A stretch of DNA of 64,000 nucleotides from positions 1,876,457-1,940,456 of the forward strand of contig OZ316894.1 of assembly GCA_973895155.1 (NCBI GenBank). Reading direction: 5' to 3'. A program made the translations under genes and the position numbers. Source of the DNA: Marsupella aquatica (lineage: Eukaryota > Plantae > Marchantiophyta). A model generated the notes under the pieces. That model was given only the letters and a program-made list of their open reading frames with translations, was not told the DNA's origin and ran no database searches. Every line of letters begins with the position of its first letter. The first letter of the stretch is position 1. This document shows, in pieces, positions 35,998 to 48,936 of the stretch.

Positions 35998-38924
35998 TGT
36001 TGCGCAGGTACAGTAGCACAACTTGTTCAATGGAGAGATGGGATGGAAGCTTCCCTTGTCCAAAGTTGAAAAGAAGGTGGCTACTCGCATTGTTCCAACC
36101 CTTAAGCAGACCCCGCAGTGTAGGGGAGCCCTGGATCTTCAGCTCATCACCCTGCAGCAAGGCTTCAGTAACAGTCCACCTTCTGCGCTCCTTCTTGCCC
36201 TGTCCAGAGTTGCAGCACTTCTTAATGATCTCCTGTGCCATCTTCACCCATTCCCTGTCCGCCCCAATGATGAGTTTAGAGATATGCCTCATCTTTAGTG
36301 CTTCGGCCTGTTCTTCAAAGGGCTGAATTCCCAGTCCCCCTTGGCCCTTTGGTGTAAGCAACGACAGATTTTTTCCATCTCCATAAATCCAGTCTTGTAG
36401 AGCGACAATGTCATCAGGTGATAGGTTGGAATTGACCTCAAGACGTGCTTCATCAAAATAGCTCTCCCAACCATAGTCAGACTCCGATAAGTCCAATGGT
36501 TCAGCCGACAACGCAATTTCCCGACCAGGAAGGCAGCGGCATGAGTGGGCGCACCTTATACCCAATAGGGCACCCCAGATACTCAATGACTTCCCCTTCC
36601 TTGGCGATTCTGCATCCAGTGTTCTTCATCCACTCTGGGTAGTGCCCTTGCATAAAGTAGATCGGTATAATCTGAGATTTCTTCACATTCAAAAGAGCTC
36701 CAAAGATGTTCTCATACTGTTGCACTGTCTTCCTAGCTTCCACAAAGTCATTCTCCGTTGCTACCAAGAAGAGGCCTGTGTCATCCGCGAACAGTTGATA
36801 GCAAATGTTGTTGTTGTTGGCAACTTTCAATCCTTGTATATGCCTTGCCTCCAGTTGCTTCTTAAAGAGTGCCATCAGTGGTTGAGTCGACAGAGCAAAG
36901 AGAAGTGGGGACAAGGGGCAGCCTTGCCTCACCCCCCTCTCCAACTGAATGGGTTCTGTGAACCTCCCATTAACGTGAACTTTGGATTGAGTATTAACCA
37001 CTAGCCCCTGCACAAGCAGAATAACATGCTCATCAAAATTCATCGCCCTCAGCACCGCCCACAGGAAGGAATGAGCCACCCGATCGTAGGCTTTGGTGAA
37101 ATCCAATTTGAGGAACACAAGTGGCTGCTTGCTGAGTGGCGCATGCTCCTGGGCCATCTTGAAGGTCAACAGGTTATCCAAAATGTCACGGCCTTCCAAA
37201 AAGCCCGTCTGTTGTGGATCCACCAACTTACTTGCCACCCCCTTGAGACGATTGGCCAGCAGCTTTGCAATCAATTTCTCAGTCAGGGTAAGCATGGTAA
37301 GAGGTCTCCAATTGCTCAGCTCCTACGTGTCTCCATTCTTAGGAATCAACTTAATGACACCGGCGGAGGCCCTAGTAGTAAGCTTTCCATCCTTCCAATA
37401 TGCATGGATCATAGTGACACAGGCTGGCTTCATGAAATCCCATCCCTTAATCAACATTTCTACTGTCATACCATCCAGCCCAGGGGATTTCTCCTTGGGC
37501 AGGGTGAAGACCATCTTTTCAATTTCCTCCTCACTAGGTAGTCGCCCAATTTTCTGGTTGTCAGCTTGTGTAGCCTTAGTAGAGATCAGCCCCAACGCCT
37601 CCCCTAGAGCATCCTGATGCGTCAGAACGTGTGTGTCTGCGGTGTACAATTTTGAGTAAAATTTATGTATTTCCCCAAGGATAATGGTCTCATCTTCGGT
37701 AATTTCCCCATTCCCTCTCTTCAGCTGCTTGATGCTCTCCTTAGCATGCTTCGCTTTGAGCTGGTTGAAAAAGTACTTGGTAGGAGCTTCCCCTAGAGTT
37801 AGCCATCTCACCCGACTTTTCTGTCGCAACTTGATGGCATCCGCTTTAGCCTGTTCCCTAGTTCTATCCTCAATCCTATCCTCAATCCTGCCAAGCTCGT
37901 CCAACTGGTACTTAGAAGGATTTGCCCCCAGCTCAGTTCTGAGCTTGTTCAGCTCATCCCCTAGGTGCCCAGTGTTCCTTTTTGCCGCTCTCTTTCGCTT
38001 CTCCCCCTGGAGTAGCTGTTTAGTGGCCCCCCAACAGAGGTCCCAATTCACCCTGGGATCCCGGTTCTCCACCCAGTTTTCCTTCCATACCCGTTCAAGT
38101 TCCTGTTTCATCTCAGGAGACTCAACTAATTTTGCATCCATTTTGAAATAAGTGGCCTTCCTATGTGCATTCAAGGACAACTTTTGTCGTAACACAAAGG
38201 TGGTCACCACTGGGACATGGTCGGAGATGGTCTCCCTACCGTCATGCATACAAGATTTCACATACTCACACCATTGATTTCTATTACTGCTGTAGTTGCG
38301 ATCCAGACATGACTGGTCGTAGCGGTCAGACTTCCTAGCTTGCCTGGTGTAGTATGGACCAGTACGAGTGCCTGCACAGAGATAATTGTCCACCAAATCT
38401 AGGTGGTCCACTAATCTGTTCTAGGCTCTAGCCTCTGAGCCATGGATGAAGGCCGATGGGCCCACTGCATCATCGAATAAATCGGTCATGTTCCAATCTC
38501 CCCCAAAAATCCAATTCGACTCCTTCAGGTTGTTGCGTAGCCACTTCCAGAGAGAGGTCCTTAGACGTCTCTCGTTCGGGGCGTAAATAGAACCCACACT
38601 GATCTCTCCCACGCAAGTCTTAATAGTTGCCCACACAAAGGATCCGTCCCCTTTACACCCGTGTTCCACAATCTGGTATTGCTTGGGGATCAACAGAGCA
38701 GCTCCAACCTTTCCTTCCCCCTTCTGATCTACTAATTTAGTCCCTTCATGGTCGATGAGACCCAGTTGAAAAATAGCCCGCTGCCTCTTAACCTTAAGTT
38801 CCTGGAAACAACAGATAGCCAAACCAAGCGTGTTGTTGTGAATCCATCTGTTGATCTGTTTAACCTTCAAAGGGTCTCCTAGCCCCCTCACATTCCATTG
38901 GCAAATGGTCAATTCGTCATTCAT
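35998..38924 (-). pseudogene. LINE ORF2, 5' part (APE endonuclease + reverse transcriptase)
   Basis: WNVRGLG, FQELK, IYAPN, GGDWN, SDHVPV, KSPGLDG, LDFTKAYDRV, GVRQGCPLSP, LFADD, YLGCP. It contains stops and frameshifts. Confidence 0.92.
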
Positions 38925-40810
38925 CTAAGACCATTGTTATTTTGGCCCACTGTCTGTCTGCCTAGGCCGGTCCCCCTCTCTCCCGAAGTTGATTTGATCT
39001 CCGTCCCGTGGACTCCCTTCTCATCCACTCCTTTCCTAGGTCCCCGGTCCAAATTGTTGTTGGTGTTAAGCTTGGATTGTTCATAAGTGAGCATCCTCGG
39101 TCCAGTGCCGTCGGGTCTTTCTGTGACATGGTACGGAATTTCTTCCGGGAGAATTTCAGCCATTCTTTTATCACTGGCGAAGGTTGGGACAGCCCCAGTA
39201 TGGGTACTCTTCCTGGTTTTTTTGGGTTGTTGTCGTGCTAGTGTGCCAGTCTTTGTTGGGGATGATTCCTTGCCTGATCCCCCAACATTCGGTGGGGATT
39301 GTGCTGCTTTCCTAGAGTTCTTCACTACCTAAGTATCCATAGGTTCTGCTCCCTCAGTTTCCGAAAAGCTGACCACAAAACCCGGGGGTATCAGGTCCAT
39401 AGTCGCTGAAATATTACTGGGAATAGCAGGTTTCAAGCCTTCTTCACCTGGCTCCATACTGGCTTGCTGCCTGAGGTTGTCGGGTGGGGTTCCTGTGTGG
39501 ATCCTTAAGTTTCCTGCTTCGTTTCCCACTCCTGTCTCCATCATAGCCGGATTGGACGCTGGAGCGATCTCCCCTTCTTCCAGATCATTCAACATAGCCA
39601 GAGCACCAAAAGGGTTCTCACTCTGCCCGAGATTCGTTGCTGTTTCTCCTGCACCCTGCTTCCCTTTGTGTGAAGCCCTGGTTTTCACTATTGTGTACCC
39701 TTCTGTGTTTCTCTACTCCTGCAGGATCCCCTGTTTGTCTGTTGGTGTCGGGGGTGACAATTCTGGCTGCTGTCCTGCTGGGCTCTTTCTCAAGCTGGGC
39801 TTGTTGGGGCAGTATCTTGCAATGTGTCCTCTCTGCTTGCAAGCAAAGCAAGCGTCTGGCAACGTCCTGTATATAACATCCACCCTGTATCTACCAACTC
39901 CTGGTATTGTCAGATCAATATATTCTACTAGATCCTCATTCAGGTTGCAAAGCACACATCCACGTATATGTGAGAATTTGCTTCTAGCCCTAGCAGTCTG
40001 TGCATACAGCACCTTACCAACTCTAGCTAGCATCTGATTAGCATAGTACTCAAAGGCTGGGTTGAGCAAAGGAAGATCTACCCACACGGGTGCTTTAGTG
40101 GATCTCATTGCTTTGGCATCAAAATCAGGTGTCCACGGCATAGCAATGACCATCTTCCTGCCCATGCTAAGATAAGGCTCAAGTAGAATCGAGGTTTGGT
40201 CCTCTGGAGTGGATACCACAATCAGAAAAGTGTACCTAGCCAATACTTTGATTTGTTCAATGGCAATATTCATTCGAAGCCCAATGACCTCGTGGGCCCA
40301 TTCTTCAAAGTAGTCTCTTGATGGGTTGAAATCTACTGTATACATTATGATCCCCCTATTTTGTAAATGCAGGATACGACTCGCTACAATATTCTTTTCT
40401 ACAACCAAAATTTCTGACCTCATTCCTGGTGATGGATGCTCTGGGACCTGCGGCAGATGTGCCAGTTGCTCTCGCAGATCTTCATTGGATACATATATCC
40501 CGGCTTCTTTATCGAGGTTGTTATCGTAAGGGTTATCCTCCTCCTCCTCCTCCACTTGAAAGTCCACCAGGTCATCGTCTTCCGCTGGATCCCACACTGG
40601 GTCTTTGAACCCAAAGCTACCCCCCCTTTGTTGGCTAGTGCCAGCTGCTGCCATCGCGTACGAGCTTGCATTTTCCTCTGCCTGATGCGCCTGCCCTCTA
40701 TATGATATTCCATCCTGGCAATCATGTGTGCGTGGGCTTCCGTTGTTGTCTCTGGCTGTGCCACTAAGGGGAATAATTACCTCCGAGCACATAGTGTCCT
40801 TGCTCAGCAA
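38921..40810 (-). pseudogene. LINE ORF1 (DUF4283-like region + CCHC zinc knuckle), interrupted
   Basis: APVWVDLP and CFACKQRGHIARYC motifs. It continues through 39329-39688 and 38921-39325, and its stop overlaps the ORF2 ATG (ATGA). Confidence 0.85.
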
Positions 40811-42399
40811 TCCTTGGGCCCCATGCTCTAGTTTCTACCTTCAAGTGTACGTATATAATTATGTAAAAAGAAATGTCTTGAACATGATGTAGGATATAGT
40901 AAACACTTAATTAGAATATGCTTAGTTTGAGCCTCTCTCACTAGAGTGTACAGTCATAATTATATTAATATTCATATATCTCATTTTGACCCTTGATTAT
41001 CATTGTAGATATTATGACATTTTAAATTTATGATTTGAGTATTATTGACATCTGATTCTTGGACCAATTTAATTTTAATTTAATTTGTGCATTAGTTACA
41101 ACATATTATTTTATTTAATATTTATTGATTTTATTTTAATATCTATATTTATAAAATTTTAAGGGAAATCTGTGAAACCCCACAGAAAGGAAGAGTCGGC
41201 CACAATAATTGAACCCAACACCTATCAATCTACTCAAGTGAGTTACCACAAAGTCATGCCTCTAACCAGATTCAATTTAATATTAAATATTAAAGATTTG
41301 GGAATCAAAAAGTGTATTTATTTGGGGTGAAAAATATTCATTTGGGGGCTCATTTTAAAGAGTTTTGGGTTGAGAAAAAACAACTTTAGTCTTCATTTCC
41401 TAGACTTTTAAAAGTCAAGTTTTAATGAATACACTCCAGTGATATGTATCTACTCCTTTGGCCAAATTGTTGGTATTGGTAGAGCATCATCCCATGCCAC
41501 CTCCCAACCCTCAAAAGAAAAATGATTTATTTGGCCTCCTCAGAATCTCAACAATAAAAAAATTATTTTATATTATGTGAGGGAATGACTGTGCAGGTTA
41601 CCCTATTTCCTAGGACTCAGTTTGACTTGGTACCCTCCTTTTGGCAAAGGCAAGAGTCTGTCATACTCCATACCCCTATCAGGTAGGGCACTCTCATGCC
41701 TGCACAAGCAATCAAGAAATGAACACTGAGAGTCAAAATCTGGCCAGTGGACATAGTTTATAACTTGGGGCGCAAGATGTAGTAAGGGTTCTTCACATCA
41801 TTTAAGAGATATGCAGTTTTGCAGTCTCATTCATAAATTATCCTCAGTGGGTTATTTGTAGGGTAAGCCATTTCTTAAGGGGTTTAGTTGGGCTGTATTC
41901 CCCTAAGGAGTCACAGGCCATGGCCCCAAAGAGAGGATGGGTTACCCTTGGGGTTACTTCACCTTATGAAGTTGTTGTATGCTTTGTGTAAACACCCCTA
42001 CTAAACCACATCCTCTCAAAGGGATAGGAAGCTAAAAAAAACACATGACAAATGATGTATCCTGTGATGACATATGGCACTCTGAATGATTATCCCTTAC
42101 TTGCTTTATCGTGACTTCTAAGTACTTCCCTAATAGAACAACTCTTAATTCGTTCTCATATGATTGAGTTAATTTATGGAAGTGACCCCAGTGGTTACCT
42201 GAGTGGGATCAGATTGTGGCAGTAACACAGATATTTAAATGAAGGAATCGCGAGTCTGGTAGATGAGAGCCTTGTGCTCCATATTAACCGTTAATGAAAA
42301 TACAAACTAATGTCACAACAAAGGTGTTAGGACAATCATGGGTATATGCAAAAATCAATCAATCTCAAGTTCTAGATGTCATTCCAGAGTCCGTCGACT

Positions 42400-45300
42400 T
42401 CCTTCACTCGAGTACTTCAGACTGGCATGGGCTGGATAGCAAGCTCCACTCCAGAGGCAAATACACTCTGTACCTATACCTTGCTCTCTCAAGTTATTAA
42501 GGTCAGGTGTATCGGTGCTTACATGTAAGTCGTAGTGAGATGATGAACGCAGACGCACACAATCAGCTTGGCCATTTCAATCCCCGGACACATATGAGAC
42601 CCAGTATTGAATGGAAGGTAGGTATATGGTTTCGGGGGCACCTGCAGAAGTTTCCCCAACCGAAAGAGGTCAAGTATGCCGAGTGAAAGTCTTCAGGTCA
42701 GCTGCACGAACTCATTTAGGAAAACAAAATTTGCGTTTTAACTGTAACATAATATCTTTGAATCAAATCCTGATTGAGGAGGGAGGCAGTCCGATACTCA
42801 CATCGAATCGATCGGGGTTGAAATTAAGATCGGGATAATTGGCAGGATCCGTGTGAGTGAAAATGGTCAACGGGGCCACGATCCAACCCTTTGGTATCAG
42901 CTGACCTGCATGATGGATAGAGTTTATGGTCCGATGATAATCCATAGCTACAACATGTTCTAGTCGAAGAAAGAACCTTGTGCTGGCACAGACCCGCAGA
43001 GCTATATTCGTCTGAACGTACTGTGCCTAGATCGTATCCGAACCCAGTTATGCACAATCTGGAGCTGGCAAATTTTGGCGGCAGCGTGCGTGGACATTGA
43101 AAGTCAATTATTTCGCAATCCCACTCAAGAACAACACGCGAAGCTGTTGCAATGGTAGGATTGCACGATAATTTAACAATCTGGAAACTCAGATCACTCA
43201 CCTTCAAACTTCACGTCTTCGACTGCCTCCTTGAAAATAACAGGAAGGATTGAAAGACTTCTCTGGATTTCATTAAAAAACTGCATCCGGTAATTCAGAA
43301 GTTAATAACGCTGCCAATCGCGTGAACTTTCGAGAATTGTCACAACTCAGCATCTAAAATATATGTAGGATTGCAGCGGAATTCACCTGCCTACCAGGTT
43401 GGAACATCCGCAAGTAAGGAGCCGCTCTCTAAATAAATGATATTATACTAGTGTCAATTACAATCCAGTCGGGAATCCACTTAATTTGGATGTTCAGGGA
43501 TAATTAGTCATGCATGCTACCTTGTGAGTGTAAACCATTTTCCTCGTGTCGTCCCAAGTAAGCCTGGGCCCTTCGACGGACGGGTCTTTGTTTCTGAGAA
43601 TCTCCTGGTGCTCAGCCTGCTCACATGGTATGATGGTTAGTACTGTCAATAGATCGACGATCTGAGAAGAATGGACCAGATAAAAGCTGAGAACCACATT
43701 CCTCGTCGAGAGGCTGGGCTCTCTGTCCGGGTCTCTAGCTCTCAAAGCTAGCTGACACACATCTAATTGAGTATCGACCAACAGGCTAGGGTGAAATAGG
43801 GTGCTTTCAAAATTCTGTTACCAATTCAAGCTCCGATCCAGACCTCCGAGAGTTCCAAACGGCCATGCCGGATTCAAACGGAGAACCAAAGCATGCTCCG
43901 TACCTGGCAACGGCGAAACACCTTTGGATAGTCGATCAGATACTTAAGGACCCATACAAGAGTCGTCGCGGTATTGTCATAAGCAGCAAAGCTTAAGAAA
44001 TACATATTATCGGCAAGCGTGAGATCATCGAGATGTTTCAGCTCTTCTAGTCCTTCAGGGGTATCCCGAGCTGCCAGTAGAACTCCTAAGAAAACGTCCT
44101 TGGAAATCTTTTGGCCCTTCGTCCCGTCAATCAGAGCTCTGATATATGCGATGACATTTGCACGTGCCTGATGAAGACAACAGCCAATCAATCAAATGAA
44201 GGTGTTGAGGACAATACAAATGCAGAGATTTAATTGCCATTCTCGATCTCGCTAGCTTTCGAAAACTCTCATCCAAATTTACCATTCTCGATCTCGCTTT
44301 CGAAAACTCTGGGAAGGATTTGAGATTTGACAATCCTTCATAGTTGAAATCTATCTACCTGTATCTGACGTACTTAGACTTCAGTTTGCGGAGCAGTCAC
44401 GTTCAAGAGCCTTACTAACGGAAGATCTTAATTTCAAGTCGAAACAGTGTGCAATAGCCTCGGGTAAGATTCAGTTTCAAGTCCAAACTGCTGGCCAGAC
44501 TTCCGACAGTTGAAAGCGTACCTTCAAGCAATTGCTATAAGTTGTTCCTGGAAGATTCACTGGAATCGATCCGATCATGAGCTTCTGAAAGTTTGCGAAA
44601 TTCTTCTTGCCTTCTGGTGAGCTACTTCTGTTCTTATCTCCGAATAGAACCCAATTGCTGATATCCCACGTAATCTGCCAGTTGACATAAATGACTCACA
44701 CATCAGTACCAAAGTTAGTTTGCAAGAATGTCGAAGAGAAAAGAATGAAGACGGAAGAATTCATTTAAATAAAACCAAAGACGAACAAGAAGAGAATCGC
44801 ACAGAAGTACTAGGTACTCGAAGAAGAAGACGAATGCGCTCAAGACGACAAAAATGAATTGAAGTGAGTGATTAATGAAAGTAGGTTTAGGATTGAAATT
44901 GAACGGCCCTACCTTTTGCGTTGCATCGACTCCATCGACAGTTCCAGCGCGCACCCACGAGGCCATGTTTTCGAGAATAATGCTCTCAACAGAATGGACC
45001 TGATGCCGGAGACTGTCTGGACCAAAGAATTTCAGGACCAGCTTCCTGATAGACATATGTGGCGGACCGTCCTGGAGTAAAAACGCTTTGGGTCCTATTA
45101 TTTGCTTCAAGTTTTCGGGGAATGACCGTCGGAAGAGGTGGGGGCTGGTATTGACGAATTTGGAGAACTCCGGAGTTGTTCCACATATCGTTGGCAGTAG
45201 AAATAAGTTCGTTTTAAACGTACTTCCATACCTGCAGTGATCAACTCACAACTTTCAGATATTGTGGTAACGTACTTCCATACCTGCAGTGATCAACTCA

Positions 45301-46091
45301 CAACTTTCAGATATTGTGGTAAGCCCTGAAGATGTTCCCAACATCCCCACTTCTGTTTCCTTTTGTAATTTGCGATTTGATTCGCTGCTCCCTCTGGGCC
45401 AACGGTTTAAGATCAACCCCGGAGCTGTTAACCATTCCAATCCAACATCTCGAGCCATGTACAGATTGCTACTTAGATATTCAGAGTAGGCTTTAACGGG
45501 GGACGTGCTAGTTACCTACACTGACAGGGACATGCCCACCAAAATTCTTTCCCTTCAACTTCGCTAGTGCATTGGAAGCTTTCTCCTGGCCGAAAGTGAG
45601 TGAGTGACAAGCTAGAAGGCAGGATGCCCGAGGTACACAATCACTGTAGCAATAATTGAATTGCTTGCCGTCCCTGAATTCCCATGTATTTACCATTCTA
45701 AGCAAGACGAGATCCATAGTGATAGGTCATCATCGAGCAGTGGCCAAGCCGAGATCTGAAGGGAATTCATGAACAAGAGACTACATGCAGAAGCGAATTC
45801 AAGATCATGACTGTTCAGTTCATGACTAAACGATTACCTCCTGACGCGAGAATGAGCAAACTCTTTGGGATTACGGACAAAGTCGAGTGATTCCCCAATG
45901 ATAGGCCAGCCCAGCGAGCCTTTGGGCAGCACGGCGTCGGGCCTTCGTGACGAGTATAGAGTGTATAATCGCTGCGCCCACAGCAGAATAGCTCCGCCCA
46001 GCACCACGGCCAGCACTGCCGATAATATCGACAGCCCTGAGTCTCTCATCTCTGTGTATCTCAAGAATGTGGATAGCAATGACTCACCCAT
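42400..46091 (-). CDS. cytochrome P450, CYP85 clan (CYP707-like); exons 46091-45838, 45231-44913, 44674-44522, 44167-43904, 43616-43521, 43280-43202, 42905-42802, 42641-42523, last exon unresolved (~42400-42470)
   Basis: LPKGSLGWPIIGES, RYGSTFKT, PVNLPGT, I-helix FAAYDNTA, LTWDDTRKM, EIQR, IPKGW, FNPDRF and heme motif PFNTGSHMCPG. GT-AG introns keep the frame through exon 8. Confidence 0.85.
45217..45322. repeat. perfect 52-bp tandem duplication spanning the exon-2 splice acceptor of the CYP85-clan gene
   Basis: aacgtacttccatacctgcagtgatcaactcacaactttcagatattgtggt at 45217 and 45269. Confidence 0.95.
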
Positions 46092-46656
46092 CTCTGTGAC
46101 TTCTAGAGGTGGAGAACTTAGACTCGCCACAGGTGCTTGGACGAGCTCACTGAGATGTGTGTGCAATCTTTAATTCCACAGTTTTTGTAGCTTGCATGTG
46201 CTCTGGAAGCACAATCCTTGAAACAAAATTTGCCGCGTGCTCTACATCAGATGTGAGAGATTATGTTGTTTTCAGTGCTGTTTGTCCAAACCGATGTGTG
46301 CAATGAAGGACCCAGAAATTATAAAATTAAAGCCCCATTCCTTCATTCGCTAGTGTCATTCCTGTCCGATGGTGAAAAGGTGGAGCTCAAGCACATTTCG
46401 CTCAAGCACTGGGAGCTCAACCCCATTTGGCTAGAGCCCATTCGTAGTGAAACTGACTATATAATAAGATCGGAACATGGCCCTGTGTCGGGGAAGAGGG
46501 AAGTCATAGGAATACTATAAAAAATACAAATATAGAATCCAGAGGTGTTTCCATCCTACGCGCAGCTTTAGAAATGGAAGTTTCCTTTCAAAACATGGAC
46601 CCAGAACCGCAATTTACTTTGACACCGCTAGTGAATACAACTTTCATATTTTGTCT

Positions 46657-46774
46657 TATGCAGATTTTGGGCTCAGTATTTACGGACCCCCATGAGAGGT
46701 GTCTTGTAAATTCCCTATGCAGATTTTGGGCTCAGTATTTACTGACCCCCATGAGAGGTGTCTTGTAAATTCCC
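46657..46774. repeat. 59-bp tandem duplication
   Basis: tatgcagattttgggctcagtatttac.gacccccatgagaggtgtcttgtaaattccc occurs twice. Confidence 0.9.
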
Positions 46775-48440
46775 TGCGAGGAGGTTGTTTAGATTTTAAT
46801 ATGCCTTAACAAGATGAATCATTTATATTAATTAGATTTTGAATTAAGTTTTGGACACCTTTTAATTTTAGTTAACTTCTAGTATCTTGAATTTATTTTT
46901 GGATCCCCTCATAACTGCTTGATTTCTCCTTTTCAATCCCTCTTAGTGAATCTTATCTTTTATCATGAGAATGAGAGAAATGATTTGAACAATTTGCACA
47001 TATGTTGTACTAAGTTCCCCTAATGGTTCCTTTTACAAAATGTATGGTTTTAAAGGAGTTGATTGTCATTACCTAGAAGCAAGTGAAATCTGTACATTAT
47101 GTGCACAACACTTTCCTTGGTCATTATGTGTTTTTCTTTGCATGTATATGTATGGTTTTGTGTATTCTCTCACTCACTCTTAATTAACAGATATTATTTT
47201 CTTAATATGTACTTTGTATCTACTCTCTTCTTTTATCATCATAAATAAAATTAGATGAATTACTACACTACAAGACAAAAAAAGGATACATGTTCCAGGA
47301 TGAACATGCTATAATGGAAGTTTCCTTTCAAAACATGGACCCAGAACCGCAAGTGCTACATAAAGGAGATAAAGATTGGAGATCCTTATTCCTAAGAAGT
47401 AAGAGTGCCTCTAGGAGAAATTGGGGGCAGCAATTCCTTCTTTTTTTCTAATTGAGAGATACAATCCTAGCCATTCATATGTGTGAACTGGTCACACTTT
47501 ACATGAACTTGGGGCACTGTAATCAAGCAAAAACATTACCTGACCTAGTCACCTGGTCATCTGGCAGTGGGCCCCTTTTTTGGTTGATATGTGCAAGTTT
47601 GTTTTGTCTAAACTTAGACCTCCCCTTGAGGAGGTCGAAAAACCTGGAGCAAAAGGCAGCTGATTTTGAGTGAATTGCCTTGATTAATTACTTCCAGACT
47701 GGACGCATTTTGGCTAATGCCTTTTGATTTTCGGTAAGAAAATGGCCATCAACCTTGCTTTGGATGGAGAGACTGAGTCAAAAACTTAGACCCTCGCTTA
47801 GACCTCCCCTTGAGGTAGTTGAAAATCTGGAGCAAATGGCAGCTCATTTTGAGTGAATTGCATTGATAATTACTTCCAGACTGGACGCATTTTGGCTCAT
47901 GCAATTGTAATTTTTGGGTAAGGAAATGGCCGTCAGCTTTCCTTTGGATGGAGACACTGCCCCCACCTTCTTGTAAAGCGCCGCCCCCCCCCCCCCCCCC
48001 CCAAGAAGCACTGAGTTAACTAACAATAGCTCACCTTTGACTCAATCAGAGCCCCTGTATTGCCCTAGCAAGGTCAAAACCCTAGAGTGAAAAAGTCACA
48101 CTCCGGACTTGTGCCCCTTATAAGAGAAGAACTGTATTGCCCTAGGTCGAAAGCTTAGAGTAAGTCACACTCGGTACCTGTACCCCCTCCTATTAGATAA
48201 TAGCACAAAGTGGTGGCTCCACTTTTAAAGCTGTCCCCACATACGGTCATTGTCGAGTCATATGTCTATGGCGAACTTTTCAACCACTAAACGATTCATT
48301 GCAATCCGGGAATATACAAACTTTTTATAGAAAAGGATCAAACAGAGTACAAAAGAGCAATTGCTATCCCTTTTCAAAAGAGGTGGTGGGTCGTCTCCTC
48401 CGTACTTCCCACTAATTGAGGTTCTACAGTAACACGTAAG

Positions 48441-48636
48441 TCAATACCATAAAGCTAGGAAAGTAAAATGTGAGGAGAAATAAAAAATTTGAGTGGCTCT
48501 TAGAGCTATTCTATCTCAATACCATAAAGCTAGGAAATTAAAATGTGAGGAGAAATAAAAAATTTGAGTGGCTCTTAGAGCTATTCTATCTCAATACCAT
48601 AAAGCTAGGAAATTAAAATGTGAGGAGAAATAAAAA
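48441..48636. repeat. 75-bp tandem repeat (~2.6 units)
   Basis: tcaataccataaagctaggaaa.taaaatgtgaggagaaataaaaa at 48441, 48516 and 48591. Confidence 0.9.
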
Positions 48637-48936
48637 TATATCAGTGACTCTAGACAGTGACTCTAGGACTTTACCAAAGTATATGATTGTGAATGTAAAG
48701 AAGATGTACATAACCATGATGATATATTATGAATGACATGAACGAGAGTATCTGTGGATGCAAAAAAGATGTACATGCATAGACATGATCCACTCACTTT
48801 AATACACAATCCTATCTTTTTGTATTCATAGTCTGCTTACAAAACTCACTTTTGGAGGGAACTCATTATGACCCTTAGATTTAAACTTTACATTTTCCTG
48901 CCCATCCTTTACATTTTCCTGCCGACCTTGACTTAG

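Larger units (their letters stand above)
27650..40830 (-). mobile_element. L1-clade LINE retrotransposon (ORF1 + ORF2), degenerate and split by a DNA transposon at 29040-35997
   Basis: ORF1 with zinc knuckle; ORF2 with APE endonuclease, RT and zf-RVT; A-rich 3' tail seen as T-runs at ~27650-27700 on the plus strand. The 5' boundary is approximate. Confidence 0.92.
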
